This document shows, one piece after another, positions 15,468 to 30,629 of a DNA stretch of 64,000 nucleotides; within the stretch, counting starts at the first letter, position 1, and every line of letters starts with the position of its first letter. The DNA comes from the human T2T-CHM13v2.0 reference genome, Homo sapiens. Made by a program: the position numbers and the translations under genes. The stretch is taken from NCBI RefSeq assembly GCF_009914755.1, contig NC_060928.1; one strand, written 5' to 3'. The notes beneath the pieces were generated by a model. The model was not told the origin of the DNA. It saw only the letters and a program-made list of their open reading frames with translations, and made no database searches.

Positions 15468-15513
15468 CTTGAAAACATGATGCCGCTGAAGCTTTCTTTT
15501 GTGGTATATGTTG
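15468..15513 (-). other. Candidate minus-strand exon, 46 nt (open as NIYHKRKLQRHHVFK or TYTTKESFSGIMFS)
   Basis: tttgtatgtattag| acceptor and AAG|gtaatg donor. Confidence 0.4.
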
Positions 15514-15888
15514 CTAATACATACAAATATAAATTACACATTTATCATGCAGATATACAAATATATTTTTCACATTTTATGGTCATATCACATATAAAGT
15601 TCCTGCTAAACTATCATTATTTTGCTACTGCATTAGAACTTTTAATGATATGTCTTAGGGTTAGACAAGTTTCTGACAAAAGCTCACCTCTTCTCTGACA
15701 TTACATGCTGATTATTTTTTCTCTTAATTACTGAGTGTTATTGCTCTTCCACTGATGCATTTCTTTCCCACACCCATGTTTATACATTTCTCAAGATAAA
15801 GTGTCGTATTACAAGGAAGCCAACATCTTTCAAACCCTGAGAACATTACTATAGTGACGTACATGGGATCGTAATGATTTTTCTGGTT

Positions 15889-15939
15889 CCTCTCTCTCTT
15901 TCTCTCTCTCCCTCTCTCTCTCTTTCTCTCTCTCTCTCC
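15889..15939. repeat. (CT)n microsatellite
   Basis: Imperfect ctctctct run. Confidence 0.9.
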
Positions 15940-17329
15940 ACGTAATGGGGAGTTTTAATTTATTTGGAATGGTAAGTTACCAGAAAGACATGACAGAAGA
16001 ATAAAAAAATGCCTTTTAGTTCCAAAGCCCAGTTTAGTGCACTCAAACCAGGATATTGTTGATAGCTAACTTGTTTTCTATAATAAATGTACTTGAATCA
16101 ATTTACATCTTTCACAAAAATAAAACATCAAAACAAGCTTTATAATTCTATAAGATGTTACTTGACATATAACAGACGCTGCCCTCTGAAAGAAGGGTTC
16201 AATATTGGTTTAACTCCCTTGCAGTTTTTTGGAAGTCAATTACTTCTAATTCAATGACATCCTAACGGCAAAAGTTCAAAGGCTTAATTATGAGATCTAC
16301 TGATAAAATATAATTATTCAGTGAAATACAAGTATGCCATTATTCTTTTATTTTTAAAAGAATTTTATTAAATCCAAAAATACAAGAAGATTTTTATTGT
16401 GTGCTTACATAAACATGGAAAGTAAAAATAAATGACAAAATCAAATGTGGGTCACGAGGTCAATTTTCTCAGTTAATAAATTGTAACTTAAAAAATTACA
16501 AATTAGTGGTCTTAGTATATCTAACTACATGCATTATAAGTGGAACTTTTATTTTCCACTTGCCTCTGTTCCTTTAACAGGATTAAAAATATATTGAAAG
16601 CAATGTACTACAGGAAAATAACTAAATTTTGAGTCAAAACACAATTTGATGGGTACAAAATGCTGAAGTGTCCAAGGAGTTTATCACTGGACTCCTGTAT
16701 ATAGAATATATTCTGTTCTACGTTAGAACAGAAACACAAGATGTGATATATTTCTATTTCCTTTATGTATACAAATGATGTGGTATACAAGTAGGCATCA
16801 GCAATAATGGTTTGAACCTCATTATTCTATCCTCTACTAGGATTAGCTTTTGCTGATTTGCACTTTAGATTCTTCGCTTCCATTGAAAAGCAATGTAGGA
16901 AATTGTGTTAAAAATTACAATTGGTAGAAAGATGTTCTTGAGATAACTAAAAGCACTGTATACAAACTGCCACAAGATAAATTTCTTACATATCTTAAAG
17001 TCAGAAAAGCTTTACTTCCCATTAGGAGCTGATATGTTTTATTCTTTCTAATCATGTTTCTCTTTTTACTTTGGCCACCTGGAAGCTTAATGTATGACTC
17101 AAATTCACTGCAGACAATTCTATAATCTCTATGTCTATTTTATGTGTTTTAATTAATATGACCCTAAAGAAATCTCTTAAAGTTTCCATTTTCTCATTTA
17201 TAAAATATTCACAAGATGTTGTAAAACTCAAAGTAAATTATTTATGTAACAGTGTTTTCAAATTGGTTTACAAATATTAGGGCTTATTATCTTCCCAAAG
17301 AGAGAACCACTGAAATATGTATTTCAGTG

Positions 17330-17800
17330 GTGCTGAAGGTCCATAACCCTAGTATTGGATATCTGCTGCCATTTTGGAGTATCTTGAAACTTTGAGAAAC
17401 TATCCCTCCTCCTCCCCTATGTTCTACTGTCAGAGCTCCAGGGGTAGACACATGACTAGAGCCTCACTGAAAAAGCATCCTACGCCCCCAGCCATAGTAA
17501 TTACTTCCATATGAGCACATGACCTGTGCTGAAACAAGGAAGGTCATACCTAAGACTGCTGGAACAAAAAGGAAACTAGTGCTCTCATTTTACGGAAATT
17601 GTTCACAGTAAGACAATCTAAGTCTAGAGCTGCTAAGAGGACTTTTTTTTTTTCACTTCACTGGGAAAATATGCTTTAGAATAAAACCAAACCAACACAA
17701 AGGAAAGCAGAATTGAGAAAGACAGAGATGGTATTCTGATAAAAGAGTTTGAGTGTCTTGACCCAACCATGTCTGAAGCCATCTGCAATCCCCAAATACA
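17330..17800 (+). mobile_element. Old MLT1-type LTR fragment
   Basis: ctgctgccattttggag...ctccaggggtagacacatgac...gacccaaccatgtctgaagcc. Confidence 0.5.
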
Positions 17801-18029
17801 GCATCATATCATTTATCACCACGGGCTCTCTAATTCAGTTTTAACATAGGCAAATTCACATGGAAGCAGAAACATACTTGATTATCCTATAATGCTATTT
17901 TAAAATATGTCCAATCAGTGCAGAAAATATAAAAGAATTCATGGGCCAGGATATTTTTAAAAATCAGCTGCTAAACCTGTGAGCAGAAACTTTGGGATTT
18001 TAAAGAGGAAATCCCTTATAATTGCAGTA

Positions 18030-18461
18030 TGTTATTCCAGGTTTTCTTAGAGGTTGATAAGACAGGATAAAACATTTAAGGATTTCATTAAAAGAAACCC
18101 AAGTGAGAAAAAATAGGGAGGGAACCAGGCAAGACTAGCCATTTGATTGAGGTATAAGCCTGACCCTCAGTGAAAGAGAAAGGGAAGAAAGTTTGGATGG
18201 AAACTTCCTAGACTGCTGTGCAGTCTAAGGAAGACTCAAAAGGCCATTCGGTGGCCTCAAGTCTAAAGTTGGTCCAGATATCCCAGAAACAGGCCAGCCT
18301 TAGCATCTCTGTCAGTCAGCCCTGGGCTGTAAGCAGCCCACGGAAAGCATGGCCTGGGCTCAAATGCAACATTGGATTTCAGAGAGCAGCATCTGGGACC
18401 CTTGGTAATCTGCACTCCCTATAGTTGGAAATTTTGCAATCACATTGTCATGGCTGACACC
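18030..18461 (-). mobile_element. LTR16-family ERVL LTR
   Basis: cctagactgctgtgcagtctaaggaag...gcagcccacggaaagcatggcc...catggctgacac. Confidence 0.7.
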
Positions 18462-18668
18462 TATAGTGAGATCCTATGGCACACAAGATACAATTAAGGC
18501 TAAGGAAGCAGTTAAATATAATATCAAGTGGTTAATGTTGAGTCAGAAGAAGAAAGGAACTAAATCAATTTTGGTTTTCTGGTAATTCAGAAACAAGAGA
18601 TAGTGATGGCTTCATATGTGTTCCTGGTGCTGGATGATATGGGAAAAGTGGTTATAAGACTTAGAGCC

Positions 18669-19373
18669 TGTATTAGTCCATTTTCACACTACTATAAAGA
18701 AATACCTGGCCAGGTGTGGTGGCTCATGTCTAATCCTAGCACTTTGAGAAGTCAAGGCGGGAGGATCACCTGAGGTCAGGAGTTCAAGATCAGTCTAGCC
18801 AACGTGGTGAAATCCCATCTCTACTAAAAATACAAAAAATTAGCTGGGCGTGGTGGCACCTGCCTGTAATTCCAGCTACTCAGGAGGCTGAGGCATGAGA
18901 ATTGCTTGAACCCGGGAGACAGAGGTTGCAGTGAGTTAAGATTGTACAACTTACCACTGCACTCCAGCCTGGGCAACAGAGAGAGAGTCTGTCACACACA
19001 CACACAAAAAACAACAACAAAACCTGAGACTGGGTAATTTATAAAGGAAAGAGGCTTAATTGGCTCACAGTTCCACATGGCTGAAGAAGCCTCAGGAAAC
19101 TTACAATCATGACAGAAGACAAAGGGGGAGCAAGGATCTTCTTCACAGGCGGCAGGAGAGAGAAGTGCAAGCAGGGGAAATGCCAGATGCTAATAAAACC
19201 ATCAGATCTCGTGATACTCACTCACTATCATGAGAACAGCATGGGGAAAACTGCCCCCATGATCCAATTACCTCCCTCCCTTGACACATGGGGATTACAG
19301 GTCCCTCCCTTGACACGTAGGCATTACAACCGGAGATAAGATTTCGGTAGGGACACAGATCTAAACCATATCA
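18669..19373 (-). mobile_element. THE1D-like solo LTR interrupted by an Alu
   Basis: tgtattagtccattttcacact...aaaccatatca; perfect TSD GAGCC at 18664-18668 and 19374-19378. Confidence 0.92.
18708..19020 (+). mobile_element. AluS with (CA)n/A-rich tail
   Basis: Full dimer inserted in the THE1 LTR. Confidence 0.94.
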
Positions 19374-20289
19374 GAGCCTTTGCCTAACTTTTTAATATGA
19401 AGCCTGAGTAATCACTTTTTCTCCCCCTTCCGATCTCCTTGATTATGTTTGTTTACCCTCCCAAGGTTAAACTTACCATTATGACATATTCAATACCAAA
19501 AACCAAAGTAATAATCATATTGTCATGATGTCAGGTCCAAACTTGCAATTCTTAGTTGTAGACTATTGTGAACTCCCCAGATTAGAGCCTATATTAGCTA
19601 TTTATTTTATGTCTCTCTTGAATTCCTAGTCAAGTTTTAGGATTCAAAGTTCAGAGCCTAAACAATATTCTTTTTTTTTTCTAGTGAAATGTTTTTCACA
19701 CAGTGGGTGCATAATAACTATATTCATCTGAATGACATGGGAGAGAATGGTACAACACTTAAGAGAGGAAAGGAAGAGAATTGATATCAGTGCATGCTCT
19801 CAAATCTCCTCTTACAATTAACCGTTCCTGTGAAAATTACTCCCTAAGGCTTAATGCACAGATTATAGGACTGTTTTCTTGAACTACAGACTTCTATTAC
19901 TCTTCATTCATGATTCATTGACTCTCTCTATGCTAATGTACTTACCAATGCCTACTGCTTCATGCCACTTTTAGATCATCCATTAAGAGTGATGCTTTCT
20001 TATTTTTATGTACTGTGGAGGTTTATCACTGTTTATAACCCTTATTGTGGTCCCTTTAAATTCAATTTTAAAGTTGAGTTCTGGCAATTCAATCCTACCA
20101 TTTTAAGCACCCTTTTGAAAATAAGAAAAGCAAAAATATTTCAGAGGAAGATTGTCTGTAAGCAGAGAGGGGCAAATCCATAGAAATCTTGTCTCACAGC
20201 ATTAAAAGAAATTCCTGAGGGAACAGCAACCATATGCCCCAGATGTTGAGAGTCTTGGTTTCGAATTCTATCTTAGTAGACAGTAAGAG

Positions 20290-20530
20290 TTGTATAGCAG
20301 TTAGAGGCTCCTGCTTTGCAGACAGGCAGTCTGATTCAAACCCCTAGGCTATAATACATATAACATAATATAATAATTATATAATTGCTAACTCATAACC
20401 TTGAATAAGGAAATGAAATAGTGATATTATCTACTTCACAGAATGATTTACATAGACTAAATGAGATAATCCTATTATCCCAGGAGTTTGGCATGAGTCC
20501 CAACACATACTGCGCACTCTATAGGTATTA
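20290..20530 (+). mobile_element. MIR
   Basis: gtatagcagttagaggctcctgctttgcagacaggcagtctgattcaaaccc...ctaaatgagataat. Confidence 0.6.
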
Positions 20531-20831
20531 GCAGGTAGCAGTAGCTACACTCAATTGCTTACTGTCTGCTATCATGGTTTCCAAACACAGAGTTCCATGT
20601 CTCTGATTGGATTAGTCTCCTCTAGGCCTTTCTTATTTGAATCAATCTAGCTGGTGTTCTTGATTTCTGGGTCTGACATAACCAATTTTGAGCTCAATAA
20701 TCATGATAGGTAAGATGATCTCTCATATTTTATATAATTTTATATAGCAACAGAATGTGTTGTTAAAACTAAAGGAATTTACTGTATAATATGCTATAAT
20801 AATGAGTGCTGTGTAACAATTGGCTATACAC

Positions 20832-20977
20832 CTCAAATAAGAGTTAAAGACAAAGTTTGCTGTGTTCTGTTGAACATTAATATCTCCAGTATATTCTCTA
20901 AAGTATTTGACGTTAGTCCAAAGAGGTACCAGTATAATTTGATTTTGAAAACTCAAAGTCCCAGAATTCTTATCAAC
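20832..20977 (-). other. Candidate minus-strand exon, 146 nt, 48 open codons (VDKNSGTLSFQNQIILVPLWTNVKYFREYTGDINVQQNTANFVFNSYL)
   Basis: ttggttcctttaag| acceptor; weak GAG|gtgtat donor; only phase 0 is open; non-repeat sequence. Confidence 0.4.
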
Positions 20978-21189
20978 CTTAAAGGAACCAAATACAAATT
21001 TCAGTGTTGACACACACACATAAAATTGCTCTCAAATATTCAACATACTAGAAAGTCTACACACAAATATTTGGGCAATTAAAGGTAATTTTTAACACAT
21101 ATCATATATATACAACTTTTAGAGCCACAGAATATGTGAGCATCGTATTTTTCACAGACTCAATCACTCTTTTTTACCTACTCCTAGCA

Positions 21190-21330
21190 ACACAGTCCTT
21201 AGCTGGCAAAGATCTAGATGATCACTTCTAGATTTCCTCATCTGTAATAAGCAAAGAGTAGAATCTCTGTTTATAGCTGTCTTGTGAGAATTGAGTGAGT
21301 TAATGCTTTTAGCTCAATGTCTAGAAGGAA
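21190..21330 (+). mobile_element. MIR core
   Basis: gatttcctcatctgtaataag...gtgagaattgagtgagttaatg. Confidence 0.6.
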
Positions 21331-21405
21331 AGTGTTGGAATCCATCATCTTGTTCTTCCAAACACTACAGTAACTCACATATTTGTTGTGTTTTACAATT
21401 TGCAG

Positions 21406-21438
21406 GCGTCTTTTTAACTGACTAAATAGAAGAAACAG
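21406..21438 (+). other. Candidate plus-strand non-coding micro-exon, 33 nt
   Basis: ttgtgttttacaatttgcag| acceptor and CAG|gtaaga donor; stops in all three frames. Confidence 0.25.
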
Positions 21439-21677
21439 GTAAGAAAGAAACCTGCAACCACCTGAGCACTGTCTGCTATGATTACACAAAGGTGTAAATG
21501 ATTAATATAAGACTATCACGTAAGAGGACTGAGAGGACCCATGAGTGCTAGACCTTTCAGAAGAATACAGGTAAAGGAGAGACCTATATATGGACAATAA
21601 TTTTGCTGGCAACAAAAAGCAGAGTCCCTCGGCTTTCACTATGGCAAGTTTGGTTGGATAAGCCTTCCAATAGCTTA

Positions 21678-21830
21678 CAGCAGTGCTAATCAAATATGGC
21701 CCCTTGACTACCTTCACCTGGGACTTGTAGGAAATGCAAATCCTCAAGGTCCTATTGCAGACTCACTGAATTAGAAACGCTGGAATTGAGACCAGTTATT
21801 CCGCTGCAAGCTAGAGTCCAAGAACCACTA
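21678..21830. mobile_element. MER5A-like hAT-Charlie element
   Basis: cacctgggacttgtaggaaatgcaaatcctc...actgaattagaaac...agaaccacta. Confidence 0.75.
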
Positions 21831-22104
21831 GCTTATGATATAGTTAGAAAAACAGGGAAATGAACAAGAAGATACAACCCTTTATGTTAAATACTCTGTA
21901 CAATAGGGCTAGTCCCACAAAGCTACTCAAATATAGTGGAGACTCATTTTAACCCAACTCAGTGTAGGAGGTGAGTTAGATGAATCACCAGGTATTAGTG
22001 GGAATCAGTCAGATGGGAGATTAAAAAAGGACTGAATTCAATTCCAGTTCTCTGCACTGAACACAGAACACAGCTCTGCCATAAACAGTTATAGCTAACT
22101 ATTA

Positions 22105-22628
22105 TGCCGAAATCCTATTAACCTCTATAGGAAAGGCACCAGGTTCAAGAGGCCAGAGAGCCAGGGCCAGCAAAAGAGACATGGGGCTTAATTAGGGGCT
22201 TACATACAGCAGAAAGAGTCCAGTGGTGACAGGCTGGACAGGAGAACCGCCTTAATTACAGAAATGGTCCAGTGGCAGCAGGCTGGACAAGACAACTGCA
22301 CAGCCCAGTGGTGGCAGGCTGGGCAGGAAAACTGCAACCACTTACGACAGCATGTAGTTAACAACACATTTTCATTTAACAACCTCTCCTTAATGACCTT
22401 CACATGGCAATCTTCATTTACTCCAGAACTCAGGGCCTCAATCTCCTGCACAACCCATGTTCCACGGGATGGGATGGGGGCTCACATGTTCCTCATAGAC
22501 AAGGAATGAATCTCTGGTATGGCCACTCCTGGATTCTCTAGCTCAGAACACACATTCAGGTGCATCTGCCATACAAGGTCATTCTAAGGTAAGCTTAAGT
22601 TATTGCTAAAAGGTGCATTTACCCTATA
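22105..22628 (-). mobile_element. LTR47-like ERVL solo LTR
   Basis: Reverse strand begins tagggtaaatgcaccttttagcaataacttaagc...agaatgaccttgtatggcagatgcacctgaatgtgtgttc; internal repeated cagtggc/tggcaggctgg motif. Confidence 0.8.
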
Positions 22629-23590
22629 CTAATATTTCTTTAGAACTTCTTATTTGCCAGGCTTTGTATTAAGTCTTTGACATGTGTTATTATGTTTAAC
22701 ATTTAGAACATCCTTATTTTAAAAAAAGTACTATTATTCTCCCAACTTTGTTGAAAAGAAGCTAAGGTTCAGGAAGTAAATGTTCCTGAGAAGATGGGCA
22801 GAGGAAATACAATCAAGAGAACATATGGAGGGTTCAGTCTCGAATGGAAAGAGAGGCATTTCTCCATACTTACAGGAGAAAAAAAGATGAGTGCAGAGTG
22901 GGGAGGTTCACAGATTTTGTCTACCAATGTCATTCACTGAATGAAAGGCACGGCTAGAATTTGAATCCAGTCGGTCTGTTAGGAGAGTTTATGATGTCAA
23001 CTACTTCACTGTATTGTCAAATTACACTTAGCATATTGAAATATCTGTTCATCTGTCTGTCTTCCCTATTAAATGCTAGAGCTCCTTAATCTCTAGATCC
23101 CAGTCTGAGCACATAGTAGGCACTCAATGTTTATAAAATTTGTGAATGTAAAAAGATAAAAATAAATTGTAAAAAGAATAAAGTGATACTAAAGTATAAA
23201 TGTAATAAAATATAAAATAATTGAAAGAAAACGTTTTTTGAATAAATGGTGACAGGAATCTCATTTGTATGGCTTTTTTTAATGTGGTGAAGAATATCAA
23301 TTAGTTGTATATGTTTCACTGTAATTTTTTAAAAATCTGGCCATAATTTCAGGCCGGGTGAGCAAAATTTATTTTCTTTTTTTATTACTATTATACTTTA
23401 AGTTCTAGGGTACATGTGCACAATGTTCAGGTTTGTTACATAGGTATATATGTGCCATGTTGGTTTGCTGCACCCATCAACTCGTCATTTACATTAGGTA
23501 TTTCTCCAATGCTATCCCTCCCACAGCCCCCCACCCCCCGACAAGCCCCCGTGTGATGTTCCCCGCCCTGTGTCCATGTGTTCTCATTGT

Positions 23591-27413
<3,823 letters not shown>

Positions 27414-27476
27414 TATGATGTTAGCTGGTTATTTTGTCCATTAATTGATGCAGTTTCTTCATAGCATTGATGGTCT

Positions 27477-28502
27477 TTGCAATTTGGCATGTTTTTGCAG
27501 TGGCTAGTACCGGTTGTCCCTTTCCATGTTTAGTACTTTCTTCAGGAGTTCTTGTAAGGCAGGCCTGGTGGTGACAAAATCTCTCAGCATTTGCTTATCT
27601 GTAAAGGATTTTATTTCTCCTTCACTTATGAAGCTTAGTTTGGCTGGATATGAGATTCTGGGTTGAAAATTCTTTCCTTTAAGAATGTTGAATATTGGCC
27701 CCCACTCTCTTCTGGCTTGTAGGGTTTCTGCTGAGAGATCTGCTGTTAGTCTGATGGACTTCCCTTTGTGGGTAACCCTACTTTTCTCTCTGGCTGCCCT
27801 TTACATTTTTTCCTTCATTTCAACGTTGGTGAATCTGATGATTATGTGTCTTGGGGTTGCTCTTCTCAAGGAACATCTTTGTGGTGTTCTCCGTATTTCC
27901 TGAATTTGAATGTTGGCCTGCCTTGCTAGGTTAGTGAAGTTCTCCTGGATAATATCCTGAAGAGTGTTTTCTAACTTGGTTCCATTCTCCCTGTCACTTT
28001 CTGGTACACCAATCAAACGTAGATTTAGTCTTTTCACATAGTCCCATATTTCTTGGAGGCTTTCTTCGTTTCTTTTCATTCTTTTTTCTCTAATCTTGTC
28101 TTCTCACTTTATTTCATTTATTTGATCTTAAATCACTGATATCCTTTCTTCCACTTGATCAAATTGGCTATTGAAGCTTGTGCATGTGTCACAAAGTTCT
28201 CGTGCTGTGGTTTTCAACTCCATCGGGTCATTTAAGGTCTTCTCTACACTGTTTATTCTAGTTAGTCATTCATCTAACCTTTCTTCAAGGTTTTTAGCTT
28301 CCTTGCGATGGGTTAGAACATGCTCCTTTAGCTTGGAGAAGTTTGTTATTACCGACCTTCTGAAGTCTACTTCTGTAAACTCATCAAAGTTATTCTCCGT
28401 CAAGTTTCGTTCCCTTGCTGGCAAGGAGCTGCAATCCTTTGGAGGAGAAGAGGCGCTCCGGTTTTTGGCATTTTCAGCTTTTCTGCTCTAGTTTTTCCCT
28501 GT
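27477..28502 (-). pseudogene. Disrupted L1 ORF1
   Basis: Fragment KRNEESLQEIWDYVKRLNLRLIGVPE (27801-28079); expected ATG is mutated near 28500 and the terminal TAA reads CAA near 27478. Confidence 0.88.
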
Positions 28503-29092
28503 GTTTGTGGTTTTATCTACTTTTGGTCTTTGATGTTGGTGACCTACAGATGGGGTTTTGGTGTAGATGTCCTTTTTGTTGATGTTGATGCTATTCCTTT
28601 CTGTTTGTGAGTTTTCCTTCTAACAGTCAGGCCCCTCAGCTGCAGGTCTGTTGGAGTTTGCTGGAGGTCCACTCCAGACGCTGTTTGCCTGAGTATCACC
28701 AGCAGAGACTGCAGAACAGCAAATATTGCTGCCTGATCCTTCCTCTGGAATCTTCATCCCAGAGGGGCACCCACCTGTATGACGTGTCTGTCGGCCCCTA
28801 CTGGGAGGTTTCTCCTAGTCAGGCTACACAGGGGCCAGGGACCCGCTTGAGGAGGCAGTCTGTCCAATCTTGGTGCTTGAACGCCATGCTGGGAGAACCA
28901 TTGCTCTCTTCAGAGCTGTCAGACAGGGACATTTAAGTCTGCAGAAATTTCTGCTGCCTTTTGTTCTGCTATGCCCTGCCCCCAGAGGTGGAATCTAGAG
29001 AGACAGTAGTCCTTGCTGAGCTGTGGTGGGCTCTGCCCAGTTCAAGCTTCCCGGCTGCTTTGTTTACACTGTGAGCTATTCAAGCCTCAGCA

Positions 29093-29425
29093 ATGGCAGA
29101 CACCCCTCCCCCTGTCAAGCTGCAGCATTGCAGGTTGACCTCAGACTGCTGCGCTAGCAGTGAGCAAGCCTCCATGTGCATGGGACCCGCCGAGCCAGGC
29201 ATGGGACTGTATCTCCTGGTCCGCCAGTCACTAAGACTGTGGGAAAAGCACAGTATTTGGTCAGGAGTGTACCATTTCTCCAGGTACAGTCTGTCATGGC
29301 TTCCCTTGGCTAGAAAAGGGAAATCCCCCAACCCCTTGTGCTTCCTAGGTGAGGCAATGCCCTGCCCTGCTTCAGCTTGCCCTCCATGGGTGGCACCCAC
29401 TGTCCAACCAGTCCCAGTGAGATGA
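29093..29425 (+). CDS. ORF0: L1 ORF0 homologue (antisense ORF in the L1 5'UTR), 110 aa, uninterrupted
   Basis: MADTPPPVKLQHCRLTSDCCASSEQASMCMGPAEPG...FSR aligns by eye with recalled L1HS ORF0 (MAGAPPPASLPPCSLISDCCASNQRDSVGVGPSEPG...FSR); strong Kozak gcaATGG; expression unknown. Confidence 0.65.
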   Translation: MADTPPPVKLQHCRLTSDCCASSEQASMCMGPAEPGMGLYLLVRQSLRLWEKHSIWSGVYHFSRYSLSWLPLARKGKSPNPLCFLGEAMPCPASACPPWVAPTVQPVPVR

Positions 29426-29609
29426 ACCAGGTACCCCAGTTGGAAATGCAGAAATCACTCATCTTCTGTGTCAATCTCACTGGGAGCTGAAGACCGGAGC
29501 TGTTCCTATTCGGCCACCTTATAAGCGACCCCGCATAATTTATTTTCAAATAATCCCTTTTGCTTTTGTTTTGGTTCAGGTCCCCTAAAAACAGTATTTA
29601 TGAATACAA

Positions 29610-30180
29610 TTGAATATTTTGGTAATCATCCTAACAACCATTCTACCCCTCATCCATGATATCCTAACAACCATTCTACCCCTCATCCATGATATCCTAA
29701 TAAACATTCTACCCCTCATCCATGATATAACATCCATGTGGTTCTAGAACAGCTGGCTTTACCCCCAGCTCCAGGAATGGAGTACATAACCTCAGCTAAG
29801 CCAATCATTGCATTTCGCCCTTTGAGCACTATTCATGGCTCATTGGGGCACGTGTGATCTAGTCTAGTCAAACAGAAAATCTCAGGCCTTACGCTAGAAA
29901 TTCCTGGCACACCAATCTCTACTTTTCAAAAGTGTGTGATAGCTAGAATTGTTACCACTTTATTACCATAAAGAGAGTCAGCAGTAGAAGAAGTAGACAC
30001 ACAGAGTAGTGTACAGCCAAAATAATTGCAGGATGACTTCATATATTGATCAAATTATGCCTGAAGTCTACATTGCTGCTGAACTTCTCAGTTTTGTAAA
30101 TAAATTTCCTGTTCCTATTATTTGGCCAGTCTGTGCTAGTTTCTTCCTGTGATGCAAGCTAATACTTCCTAACTGATCTA
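29610..30180 (+). mobile_element. Old MLT1-type LTR
   Basis: cccccagctccagg...gctaagccaatca...ttatgcctgaagtc...ttcctaactgat. Confidence 0.55.
29628..29726. repeat. 33-bp tandem repeat, 3 copies
   Basis: atcctaacaaccattctacccctcatccatgat at 29628 and 29661, with a 2-mismatch copy at 29694. Confidence 0.95.
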
Positions 30181-30206
30181 GTGGAACTTAAATAGACCCC
30201 AGATAT

Positions 30207-30410
30207 CTTTTGCTTTTAAGTTTTGGTTCAGGTCCCCTAAAAAGGATATTTATGAATACAATTGGGTATTTTGGCAATCATCCTAACAACCATTCTACCC
30301 TTCATCCATGATATAATATCCATGTGGTTCTAGAACAGCTGGGGGTAAACCAGCTGTTTACTAGGCTAAGCCAGTCATTGCATTCCACCCTCTGAGCACT
30401 ATTAAGGGCT
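30207..30410 (+). repeat. Second copy of a local direct duplication (first copy about 29557-29840)
   Basis: cttttgctttt...ggttcaggtcccctaaaa...tatttatgaatacaattg...catgtggttctagaacagctgg...gagcactatt shared at high identity. Confidence 0.93.
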
Positions 30411-30419
30411 TGCTGGTGA

Positions 30420-30629
30420 TAACAACATAGGGATACACTGTCTCTACAACAAATAAAAAAATTAGCCAGGTGTTGTGGCATATTCCTGTACCCCCAGCTA
30501 CTCAGGGGAGACCGAGGTGAAAGGATTGCTTGACCCTGGAGGTCGAGGCTGCAGTGAGCTATGATCGTACCACTGCACTCCAGACCAGGCAACAGACCAA
30601 GATTCTGTCAAAAAAAAAAAAAAAAAAAA
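30420..30629 (+). mobile_element. 5'-truncated AluJ-like element
   Basis: Starts inside the left arm (caacatag...tgtctctac); J-type gaggtcgaggctgcagtgagctatgatcg; A-tail. Confidence 0.88.

Noticed and set aside
29628-29726. 33-bp direct repeats resembling a CRISPR array
   Set aside because: The units are head-to-tail with no spacers, there are no cas genes, and the context is a primate genome
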